The notes under the pieces: model-generated | What the model saw: the letters and a program-made list of their open reading frames with translations, nothing else | Told to the model about the DNA's origin: nothing | The model's database searches: none | Part shown: in pieces, positions 1 through 7,636 of the stretch | Numbering within the stretch: position 1 is the stretch's first letter | Layout of the letters: each line of letters begins with the position of its first letter | Translations under genes and position numbers: made by a program | Source of the DNA: Candidatus Saccharimonadota bacterium | Lineage (GTDB): Bacteria > Patescibacteriota > Patescibacteriia > 2-12-FULL-60-25 | Length of the DNA stretch: 32,000 nt | Direction of reading: 5' to 3' | NCBI GenBank assembly: GCA_016699205.1 | Contig: CP064964.1 | Coordinates: forward strand, 120,001-152,000

Positions 1-1213
1 ATGTTGGTTCAGGAAAAACGGTTGTCGCGGCTTTTTGGCTGCGCATGTGCATCGACAGGGACATTCAGCTGTCTTGCTCGCACCAACAGATATTTTGGCG
101 AGACAGCACGCGCTTACATTCCAGCGCCTGTTTGCAACGCATAATATTCCATTTGCGTTGGTGACGAGAACGGAAAAGAGACTCTATCAAGGCAGAAATG
201 AGGAACCGATGAAGGTAGGGCAGATTGAATCGCTGGCGGAGCAGGGGAATATCGTGATGGTCGGCACACATGCCTTGCTTGAGAATGGGCGTTTGCCTAA
301 GGATTTGGCTCTGGCGATTGTGGATGAACAGCATCGATTTGGCGTAGGGCAGCGTGAAGCGTTATTACTCGGTTCGCGAGATGACGGGCATGTTCCGCAT
401 CTCTTATCGATGACAGCGACGCCGATTCCTCGGACATTGGCGCTGACTCTGTACGGGGATTTGGATATTTCACTCATCGTCGAAAAGCCAGCCGGACGTT
501 TGCCGATTACGACGAAAGTTTGTCATGGAGAGCAACGCGAGAAGGCGTATCAGGCGATTCGTGATGCGATCGGACGTAAAGAGAAAGCGTATATTGTTTG
601 TCCGCTGATTGATCCTTCGGATGCGCTTGGAGTTACATCGGTGACGGAGGCGTTGAAGAACTTATCGAAGGGACCGCTTGAAGGGATCAAGCTTGGTTTG
701 CTGCATGGTCGATTGAAACCAAAAGAAAAAGAAGAAACGATGGAGGCGTTTAAAAATGGCGATGTCGATGTTTTGATCGCGACAAGCGTGATTGAAGTCG
801 GCGTGGACGTTCCGCAGGCGACAGTGATCGCTATTGAAGGCGCTGAGCGATTTGGATTGGCACAGCTTCATCAATTACGCGGACGTGTCGGAAGATCAAG
901 CCTGCCGAGCTCCTGTTACTTGCTGACGGATACCGAAGGGCCTGGATTGGAGCGCTTGATGACGATGGAACGCGTACAGGATGGCTTCCGATTAGCAGAA
1001 GAGGATTTGAAGCTGCGTGGAAGCGGACAATTGCTCGGAACGCAGCAGAGCGGCCATGAGGCGCTTACCATCGCCAGAATTACGGATGGTGAAATTATTT
1101 CCCAAGCGAGAGATGAAGCTCGGAAAATTCTTGATACGGATCCAGATTTATCAAAACATCCGCTTTGGAAACGTGCCGTCGAGGGGATGCGGGACTCGGC
1201 TCACTTGGAATAG
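1..1213 (+). CDS. recG: ATP-dependent DNA helicase RecG, 5'-truncated by the window edge, with an apparent 1-nt frameshift at the T5 run at nt 32-36
   Basis: Frame 3 at nt 3-35 reads VGSGKTVVAAF (Walker A, preceded by a partial GAT codon, giving GDVGSGKT). Frame 2 from nt 32 continues FLAAHVHRQGHSAVLLAPTDILARQH, then VDEQHRFG (motif II), SMTATPIPRTL, GRLKPKEKE and QLHQLRGRVGRS (motif VI). TAG stop at 1211-1213. Confidence 0.9.
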   Translation, partial: CWFRKNGCRGFLAAHVHRQGHSAVLLAPTDILARQHALTFQRLFATHNIPFALVTRTEKRLYQGRNEEPMKVGQIESLAEQGNIVMVGTHALLENGRLPKDLALAIVDEQHRFGVGQREALLLGSRDDGHVPHLLSMTATPIPRTLALTLYGDLDISLIVEKPAGRLPITTKVCHGEQREKAYQAIRDAIGRKEKAYIVCPLIDPSDALGVTSVTEALKNLSKGPLEGIKLGLLHGRLKPKEKEETMEAFKNGDVDVLIATSVIEVGVDVPQATVIAIEGAERFGLAQLHQLRGRVGRSSLPSSCYLLTDTEGPGLERLMTMERVQDGFRLAEEDLKLRGSGQLLGTQQSGHEALTIARITDGEIISQARDEARKILDTDPDLSKHPLWKRAVEGMRDSAHLE

Positions 1214-2520
1214 AGCGCAATCGCATCTTTCAGATGCTTGCATTCAGCCGGAGTAATGAAACGTGTGAAGCCGAGGCGTTTTGCTTCTTTGAGGCGCATA
1301 TCCATGCGGGCTACAGGTCGGATTTCACCGGTTAAACCCACTTCTCCCCAAACAGCGAGATCGTCCGGAAGAGGTTTATCGAGTTTGGCCGAAGCAGCGG
1401 CCAGACAAATAGCGAGGTCAACCGCGGTTTCTTTTGCCTCGATACCGCCAACAGCATTAGCAAAGACATCTTGATCGCCAAAACCTACGCCTGCACGACG
1501 GCCCATGACGGCGAGGAGCAAACTAAGTCGATTGAGATCGATACCGGAGGCGCGGCGAAGGGGAGTGCCGTAGCCGGCTGGGGTTACGAGAGCCTGTAAT
1601 TCGACGAGAATCGGGCGCTGGCCTTCGAGAAGGCACGTGACGACGGTTCCTGGGGCTTGTTTTGGGCGGTCAGCGAGGAGGGCGGCGCTTGGATCCTCGA
1701 CAACGGAGAGGCCGGACTCGTTCATCGTTAGGAGGGCGGAGGCGTCCGTGGTGCCAAAGCGGTGTTTGGTGACACGCATCAAGCGAAACGCGTGGCTGCG
1801 GTCGCCTTCCATCATGATGACGGTGTCGACGAGGTGCTCGAGTAGACGCGGTCCGGCGAGATCGCCTTCTTTGTTTACTTGTCCAACGAGAATGACTGGC
1901 ACTCCGGATTTTTTAGCCGTTTCTGCAATCCAACCTGCGCTCGCGCGGACTTGGGACATGTTTCCTGGTTCACCTGGAACTTCTGGAGCACGCATCGACT
2001 GAATAGAGTCGACGATGGTGAGGCCGGGCTTTGTTTCAGAGATGGTTGAAGCGACAACGTCGGCAGAGGTCTCATCAAGAAAGAGCAGAGACGAGGGAAG
2101 TGTTTTAGAAAGACGTTTGAGACGTAATGAAACTTGCGAAGGGGATTCCTCACCTGTGACGTATAAAACCGTTTTTCCTTGCGCAGCAACGGAGAGTGCA
2201 AGCTGGGCGAGGAGTGTTGATTTACCGATGCCAGGCTCACCACCAAGAAGCGTGACTGATCCGGAGACAAGTCCGCCGGAGAGGAGCTCGTCCCAAACGG
2301 ATAAGCCGGTTTTATTACGGGGGATTTCTCCTGCGGCGGCGAGGTCGACAAAGGAGGATGTTTTACCTGGCTTTGATGAAGCGTGTTGCGTGACGCGTGA
2401 CGCGTGAACCTCCTCTTCTGCGACTGTTCCCCATTTTCCGCATTCTGAACAGCGCCCGGCCCATTTCTGGTACTGGGCGCCGCAATTTGTGCAAGTGAAC
2501 AATGTCTGTGGAGGTTTCAT
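1201..2520 (-). CDS. radA: DNA repair protein RadA (Sms)
   Basis: 439-aa ORF. N-terminal C4 zinc ribbon (CTNCGAQYQKWAGRCSECGKWGT), Walker A GGEPGIGKST, KHRFG (the KNRFG motif variant) and a Lon-protease-like C-terminal domain. ATG at 2520 lies 1 nt after the upstream TGA. The 3' end overlaps the recG 3' end by 13 nt. Confidence 0.93.
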   Translation of the reverse strand: MKPPQTLFTCTNCGAQYQKWAGRCSECGKWGTVAEEEVHASRVTQHASSKPGKTSSFVDLAAAGEIPRNKTGLSVWDELLSGGLVSGSVTLLGGEPGIGKSTLLAQLALSVAAQGKTVLYVTGEESPSQVSLRLKRLSKTLPSSLLFLDETSADVVASTISETKPGLTIVDSIQSMRAPEVPGEPGNMSQVRASAGWIAETAKKSGVPVILVGQVNKEGDLAGPRLLEHLVDTVIMMEGDRSHAFRLMRVTKHRFGTTDASALLTMNESGLSVVEDPSAALLADRPKQAPGTVVTCLLEGQRPILVELQALVTPAGYGTPLRRASGIDLNRLSLLLAVMGRRAGVGFGDQDVFANAVGGIEAKETAVDLAICLAAASAKLDKPLPDDLAVWGEVGLTGEIRPVARMDMRLKEAKRLGFTRFITPAECKHLKDAIALYSK

Positions 2521-2521
2521 G

Positions 2522-4048
2522 TCAGGTTACAGGACAGGCAGATCGTGGCACGGTCGGCGTGCTCACGCCATAGCCTACGGCTGTGTCTGCCACCCCGCGC
2601 GCAAACGACATGCGTGTGTCGTGGTTGGGCGGGAGAGATCGGCCTCGACGGGCGGAGTTTTCTTCCCAGAATGTCGTAGCCGCTTCATCGTATTGCTCAT
2701 TTGTTGCATTGCAACCTACTCGACGAACAACAGATTGCAGCGCTCCACCTCCGGAGTTATGGGCGAAATAGAGCAACGTCACGTAACGGTGCGCATCGGT
2801 GAGGCCGGGACAAAGACGATTAATGAGTGAGGCGCCTTGGCGCAACTGGCCGACGGAGGCCGCGGCCGTGTTGATTTCCGGGTTGACCAAACGATTGCAA
2901 TCTTCTGCACGACCGTGACTGCGCAGAGCGCATGTGTCCGGACGGACTTGAAACAATCCTGTGTAACCCCAGCGATTAGTGACACATTCTCGGAAACCAG
3001 ACTCCTTGTAAGCGACGGCTTTTAAGATACGCCAGTCCAAGCCGGCGCAACCGGCATACCTCTGGAAGAGGGAGTCATAGGTAGAGTCACTTCTGGAACG
3101 GCGAGGGGCATCGCACGAGGAGGATGGTGTACCTGCCGGTGCTTCACCAAATTCTTCCACTCCACCGGCTTCTTCCAACGTTACTCCCGCAACATATCCA
3201 AGTTCTAGCGTCTTTAGCTGGGTTGTTGCGGGACTGATCGTGTTTAAAATCGCAAACGCAGCCAAAGTGATAATCATGCCCATGATCGCATCGGTGATAA
3301 TGCGTTTTCCGTTTTGAATACTGCCTACGCCAGCCGAGCCTACGAGATAAAGAAAGCCTCCGTATACGACCATCACGATCGCGACCACGAGGATAATGCC
3401 GGTGAGATAACGATAGACAGCGTTGATGTAGCCGGCGAGAAACGCGACACGCACGACGCCGCCTTCACGCGTCGGGGCCTCGGGAGTAAAGCCGGGGATT
3501 GGGGTGCCAAGTTGGGGGGTGATAGGGACAAACTCCGGTTCAGGCGTCTCTTCTGCCGAGGAATCGGATGAGGAGGAGGGGAGTCCAACACCGCAGGTTC
3601 TTCCCGAAATTCTGTCGCCAACACATCTGATTCCTACATTACAGTCTGCATCGCTAGTACAGGCACCTCCCATTGGTTGGCGACACGTACCAGAGACACA
3701 TGTCGTGTCGCCGGCACAAGGGCGTGATTCGTTACACGATAAGCGTGTGTCGATTGTTGATGGATCAAACGGACCGCCTGATGCTCCGGTGGTGACGACG
3801 CATACGTTACGGCTAAAACCTTCCGGAGTTGCGCACGATTCCGAGGCGTTACATTCCGTTGCGGAACCAAAAATATCTGCGGGCGGAGTGCATGTCTTAA
3901 AGCAAAAACGAGAACCTACAGCTCCGATACAAATTTGTCCGGAGGGGCATGCATCCGCGGCGCCGCACGGGCCTACTTGAGCCGCAGCGGGCATTACGGA
4001 TGTAAAAAGTCCTACGACGCAAATAAAGAGTGTGAGAACGACGCGCAT
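2522..4048 (-). CDS. Secreted, membrane-anchored Cys-rich protein: signal peptide, 16-Cys head, Ser-rich linker, T4SS-pilin-like two-TM hairpin and a C-terminal lytic transglycosylase (SLT-like) domain
   Basis: 508 aa. Signal-like N-terminus MRVVLTLFICVVGLFTSVMPAAAQ. Sixteen Cys between aa 28 and 152. Hairpin: VRVAFLAGYINAVYRYLTGIILVVAIVMVVYGGFLYLVGSAGVGSIQNGKRIITDAIMGMIITLAAFAILNTI. SLT motifs: AYKESGF (catalytic Glu-Ser), GLFQV, YFAHNSGGGAL. Paralog of 4090..5691. Confidence 0.85.
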   Translation of the reverse strand: MRVVLTLFICVVGLFTSVMPAAAQVGPCGAADACPSGQICIGAVGSRFCFKTCTPPADIFGSATECNASESCATPEGFSRNVCVVTTGASGGPFDPSTIDTRLSCNESRPCAGDTTCVSGTCRQPMGGACTSDADCNVGIRCVGDRISGRTCGVGLPSSSSDSSAEETPEPEFVPITPQLGTPIPGFTPEAPTREGGVVRVAFLAGYINAVYRYLTGIILVVAIVMVVYGGFLYLVGSAGVGSIQNGKRIITDAIMGMIITLAAFAILNTISPATTQLKTLELGYVAGVTLEEAGGVEEFGEAPAGTPSSSCDAPRRSRSDSTYDSLFQRYAGCAGLDWRILKAVAYKESGFRECVTNRWGYTGLFQVRPDTCALRSHGRAEDCNRLVNPEINTAAASVGQLRQGASLINRLCPGLTDAHRYVTLLYFAHNSGGGALQSVVRRVGCNATNEQYDEAATTFWEENSARRGRSLPPNHDTRMSFARGVADTAVGYGVSTPTVPRSACPVT

Positions 4049-4054
4049 ATTTGT

Positions 4055-4083
4055 ATTTTACATTAAAAAACCCGATGGACCAA
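4055..4083 (-). promoter_or_regulatory. Sigma70-like promoter (TTGGTC-N17-TAAAAT) ending 6 nt before the ATG of 2522..4048; predicts a leaderless mRNA
   Basis: The minus strand reads TTGGTC (4083-4078), a 17-nt spacer, TAAAAT (4060-4055), ACAAAT, then ATG (4048). It lies inside the 41-nt gap after the upstream stop. Confidence 0.45.
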
Positions 4084-4089
4084 TTGATA

Positions 4090-5691
4090 CTAAGGGTTTC
4101 CCATTGGACGCCATGCCCAAATACAGATTTTTGGATTAGCACGATTGCGTGACGACGATACAAGATTCGACAGGTATGATCTGGCGCTGCTGTATGCCTG
4201 CATTCCACTCAATGTAACCTCCAGGCCTGCATTTTCAGAGGCTCTCCGGCCTCCACCGGAAGAAATATCCCCGCGTCCACCTGAACCCATCTCCATCATC
4301 TCATACCCAAGTCCTGCGCCGCCCGTGTACATGAAAACGTGTCCAGCATTTTCACCGATATACGAAATAACATCTCCAAAACGCAGACGCGAAATAACAC
4401 CATCGATATGACCTTCTGTAATTGTTCCGCCTAAGTCATCACGCTCCAGTCGAAAAACGTAGAGTGACTCGTCTGAGGGACCTTGAGGTCTACAATTTCC
4501 CCCAACATTTGTAGGCCGATTTCCCATAACACGAGTGCGTCCTTCAGATCCGGCAAAACACATGTACAGATCACGTACAGTCGTCGCACAGTCTCCGCAA
4601 AGGAGTCCAGCCGTGTTTGCCCTTGAGGTCACCAGTCGATCGTATTCAGCCCTCCAGGCGCTTAAACACTGAGTGTCGTTAGATGCAACGAGTTGATTAC
4701 AGGGGCTCGTCAATCGAACGTTTCCCTCAAAGCCTTCAAGGAGCCCGCGTAGGTAATTCGCCTGACCGTGATTACCACGACAGCTTGCGTCTCCACCTCT
4801 TATATAAATCGCACCTCCCTCATCTGCGCCAACCGTTTTCCAGACTCGTACAATTTCTTTTAGTTTCTCTACCTTTTGAGGGTAAGACAGCGACATGCCG
4901 TTGCGTGACCCACAGACTGCCAACATTCGCGCTCGCCAAGTCCCGGCTTCACCGCCGGCGGGAAGGTCTGAAGCAGATCTATAAGCTTCCTCATCTCCTA
5001 GCGAGCCTAAACTTTCCTGAAGTCTAAAATCGAGCTCCACACGTTTTACAAATGCTAATTCCAATACCTTTAGATTTGTTGTATCCGGATTAATAATGTT
5101 CAAGATTCCGAAAGAAGCTAAAATGAGGAGCATCCCCACGATCGCATCCGTAATAATTTTTTTCCCTCTTTTGATTTCTCCGATTCCTGCGGAACCGCCA
5201 AGATAGAGGAAGCCTCCGTAGACGCACATAACGATCGCGATGACGAGCGCGATGGTCGCAAGATATCGATACGCGGCATTAATGTACTCTGCTAAAAATG
5301 CGACTCGAACTAGACCACCCTCTTGTGACGCTGGGGTTAAGCTGCCACCAGGAATCGGCACCCCGAGTTGTGGGGTGATCGGCACAAAGGGTACCTCTGT
5401 TACAGCCTCTTCCGTAGATTCCGATGAGGAGCTTGGAGGAGCTGAGAGTTCACAGACATCTTGTCCGATTCCGGTTGGGCGTCCGCACGATTCTCCAGCA
5501 GGGCACGCATCGATTGCGCCGCTGGCGGCTGCTGGATTGCAGGTTCTATAGCAGAGACGGGAGCCTTCCGGACCTACGCAAACTTGGCCGGGCGCACAGG
5601 TATTTGTACCACTACACGGACCGACTTGCGCGTGTACGCCCAACGGCAAAACGATCGCTGTGATGCAGATCGCGATGCGAAGGAACCGCAT
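4090..5691 (-). CDS. Secreted, membrane-anchored Cys-rich protein: signal peptide, 8-Cys head, Ser-rich linker, T4SS-pilin-like two-TM hairpin and a C-terminal putative NlpC/P60- or CHAP-like cysteine peptidase domain
   Basis: 533 aa. N-terminal half is collinear with 2522..4048: AQVGPC..C.PGQ.C.G..GSR.C..TC, FVPITPQLG.PIPG, EGG.VRVAFLA.YINA.YRYL, VYGGFLYL.GSAG.G.I..GK.IITDAI.GM. C-terminal part has GLLCGDCATTVRDLY (candidate catalytic Cys) and GDVISYIGENAGHVFMYTGG (candidate His), resembling the papain-like amidase pattern. Confidence 0.8.
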   Translation of the reverse strand: MRFLRIAICITAIVLPLGVHAQVGPCSGTNTCAPGQVCVGPEGSRLCYRTCNPAAASGAIDACPAGESCGRPTGIGQDVCELSAPPSSSSESTEEAVTEVPFVPITPQLGVPIPGGSLTPASQEGGLVRVAFLAEYINAAYRYLATIALVIAIVMCVYGGFLYLGGSAGIGEIKRGKKIITDAIVGMLLILASFGILNIINPDTTNLKVLELAFVKRVELDFRLQESLGSLGDEEAYRSASDLPAGGEAGTWRARMLAVCGSRNGMSLSYPQKVEKLKEIVRVWKTVGADEGGAIYIRGGDASCRGNHGQANYLRGLLEGFEGNVRLTSPCNQLVASNDTQCLSAWRAEYDRLVTSRANTAGLLCGDCATTVRDLYMCFAGSEGRTRVMGNRPTNVGGNCRPQGPSDESLYVFRLERDDLGGTITEGHIDGVISRLRFGDVISYIGENAGHVFMYTGGAGLGYEMMEMGSGGRGDISSGGGRRASENAGLEVTLSGMQAYSSARSYLSNLVSSSRNRANPKICIWAWRPMGNP

Positions 5692-5695
5692 AGGT

Positions 5696-6367
5696 TTAAA
5701 AAATACGCGCCTTTAGGATCGCCCACTGGAATTCTCCTGCTTTGACGTAGCCGGTCAGGCTTTCATCGCCAATAAAAAATGTTGGGGCTCCGGTCATTCC
5801 GTGGTCTTTGGCGAGCTGGATATCGTTTTGAATATCGATGATGTGGCGGCCGGACTGAACGCACGTGTTAAAGGAGGAGACGTCGAGGCGCAGTTCCGTG
5901 GCCTTTGCCTGCAGAGATGGGAGATCGATCGTGCTCATCTTGAGGAGCGCGTCATGCATGTCCCAGAATCTGCCTTGGTCGTTTGCGCAACGTCCGGCGG
6001 AGGCGGCGAGGATGGCGTCGGGTCTGTCGCTTGCGACGGGCATATCGCGCCAAACGTGGCGGATACCCGTGGGATAGGCTGCAAGAATTGCGACGAGCTC
6101 CGGTTCCGACGCTCGGCAGTAGGCGCAGGTATAGTCGGCAAATTCTACAATGACGATTGCGTCTGTCGACGTGGAGCCGCGAGCGGGATCGGTAGAACGG
6201 ATCGGGGGGAGTTGCGGCGCACCGAGTTGCGAGTCGGGAGTGTAAGCGGGACGCGTACCTGCTTGGAACGTCGAGACAGCACGGAAGATCAGGCTCCACG
6301 CCAACAACAAGCTCAACACGCCAAAGATGCCGAGAAATAGCCAAAGGAGACGGTTCCGATCGTCCAT
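5696..6367 (-). CDS. Membrane-anchored DsbA-like thiol:disulfide oxidoreductase (thioredoxin fold, CAYC active site)
   Basis: 223 aa. N-terminal TM LLWLFLGIFGVLSLLLAWSLIF, then VIVEFADYTCAYCR (CxxC), and GAPTFFIG near the C-terminus (cis-Pro loop region). The stop is 4 nt from the next ATG (TAA-ACCT-ATG). Confidence 0.85.
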   Translation of the reverse strand: MDDRNRLLWLFLGIFGVLSLLLAWSLIFRAVSTFQAGTRPAYTPDSQLGAPQLPPIRSTDPARGSTSTDAIVIVEFADYTCAYCRASEPELVAILAAYPTGIRHVWRDMPVASDRPDAILAASAGRCANDQGRFWDMHDALLKMSTIDLPSLQAKATELRLDVSSFNTCVQSGRHIIDIQNDIQLAKDHGMTGAPTFFIGDESLTGYVKAGEFQWAILKARIF

Positions 6368-6370
6368 AGA

Positions 6371-7606
6371 TTACAAGTCAAAGCGAATCAGCCGTCCGCT
6401 GATTTGATCGGTGAAGATTGCGGAGCGGCCATCTGGCGTAACGCTCATGTTTTGCACGGCGGCACCGCCTTGTGGCTGACCAAGGTTGATCTTTTCTCCC
6501 GTAGCCAAATTGATTTTCCAAATTTCGTCTGGGTTGTTCTGAAATATTTCTCGCTGGAGTCCGGCACCCTGTCCCAATCGAGTTGGTACGCCACAAATAA
6601 GCGTTTGCTCGCCCTGCCACGTGCACTTGTCTGCCCACGTGTTGATCTGGAGGTTTATGCGGTTAGCATTAATAGAATCGCCGGCGGCGCCGCTGACCCA
6701 AAGTGTTGGAAGGTAGTTATTTGCGCTGGTATGCACGGAGTACAAGAGGTTTTGACCGGAAGGAGCCCAGTTGGGAATAAATCCGCGGCCTTCTACGACC
6801 AAGCCTTTGAAGTTTTCTTGATTTTGACCAAGCAAAATAATCTGCTGACGATCAAGACCGAGCGGTTCCCCTGTAAAGGAATAGGCGACAATTTGATTAT
6901 TTGGCGACCAGCTGGAATGGACTTTGTTTTGATTCTCCCCAAGGCTTTCAATTGGACGAGCATTGGTTCCATCAGGATTTGAGACAACGAGAAAGCGATT
7001 ATCCTCATTGTTGCCTACGCTTTTGGCGACGATACGGTCATCGTCTGGAGAAAATTGAAAATCTTCCCAGTGTTTTGGAAGCGTCACCTGACGATCGTTG
7101 GAGAAATCATAGAGAATGTTGGAACCGTCCGGATAGTTGATGATCGCTTTGTCCGAAGAGTTGCCCCAGGCGACGGTATCGACATTGAAAAATGTTTGAT
7201 TGCTCATGGGAACAGACTCGCCGCTTGTTGAGATGCGATAAAAACGTCCGTCTTCCGGATTGTAGCCACGGATTTGGCCGTTTTGTGAAACCGAGACAGA
7301 GCGTGTCGGGGTCGAGCGGAGGACTTGGGTGCGGGGAGCGGTGGGGATTCCTGTTGGAATAGAAGGCACGAATGGCGTGCCTGGTTGAACCGGCAAACCA
7401 CCGGGACCGGTCGGAGTCGTCGTAGCAACTTGGGGACCGCCCGTACCTGCCGAAGGCAAGGTACCGCCAGGCTGAATGGTACCCGTAGGCGGTGTCACGA
7501 CCGCTCCTGGTGGACGGAAGAATACCCAATAAATACCGAAGGCGATTCCAATAACAACCAGAAAAAAGCCTACGATCAAAAGGACACGTTGCAAGCGTTC
7601 GTTCAT
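6371..7606 (-). CDS. N-terminally anchored TolB-like / PD40 beta-propeller repeat protein
   Basis: 411 aa. TM VLLIVGFFLVVIGIAFGIYWVFF, a Pro/Thr/Gly-rich linker, then repeated PD40-type motifs: FSPDDDRIVAKS, WSPNNQIVAYSF, WAPSGQNLLYSV, VTPDGRSAIFTD. Confidence 0.8.
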   Translation of the reverse strand: MNERLQRVLLIVGFFLVVIGIAFGIYWVFFRPPGAVVTPPTGTIQPGGTLPSAGTGGPQVATTTPTGPGGLPVQPGTPFVPSIPTGIPTAPRTQVLRSTPTRSVSVSQNGQIRGYNPEDGRFYRISTSGESVPMSNQTFFNVDTVAWGNSSDKAIINYPDGSNILYDFSNDRQVTLPKHWEDFQFSPDDDRIVAKSVGNNEDNRFLVVSNPDGTNARPIESLGENQNKVHSSWSPNNQIVAYSFTGEPLGLDRQQIILLGQNQENFKGLVVEGRGFIPNWAPSGQNLLYSVHTSANNYLPTLWVSGAAGDSINANRINLQINTWADKCTWQGEQTLICGVPTRLGQGAGLQREIFQNNPDEIWKINLATGEKINLGQPQGGAAVQNMSVTPDGRSAIFTDQISGRLIRFDL

Positions 7607-7612
7607 AGAACG

Positions 7613-7621
7613 ATTATAGCA
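7613..7621 (-). promoter_or_regulatory. Extended -10 box TGCTATAAT, 6 nt upstream of the ATG of 6371..7606 (leaderless configuration)
   Basis: The minus strand reads TGCTATAAT-CGTTCT-ATG. It sits in the 30-nt gap after the stop of 7637..10045. Confidence 0.55.
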
Positions 7622-7636
7622 CGAATGGGCTTTGGA

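Noticed and set aside
1201-1213. 13-nt convergent overlap of the recG and radA 3' ends
   Set aside because: Short 3'-3' overlaps are common in compact genomes. Nothing else is unusual at the site.
5689-5698. Identical gene junction TAAACCTATG at 5689-5698 (dsbA-like to Cys-rich gene) and 13235-13244 (htpX to clpC)
   Set aside because: A 10-nt identity that includes a stop and a start codon leaves only 4 free nucleotides (ACCT). That is easily chance. It is not complementary to the anti-SD, so it has no obvious function.
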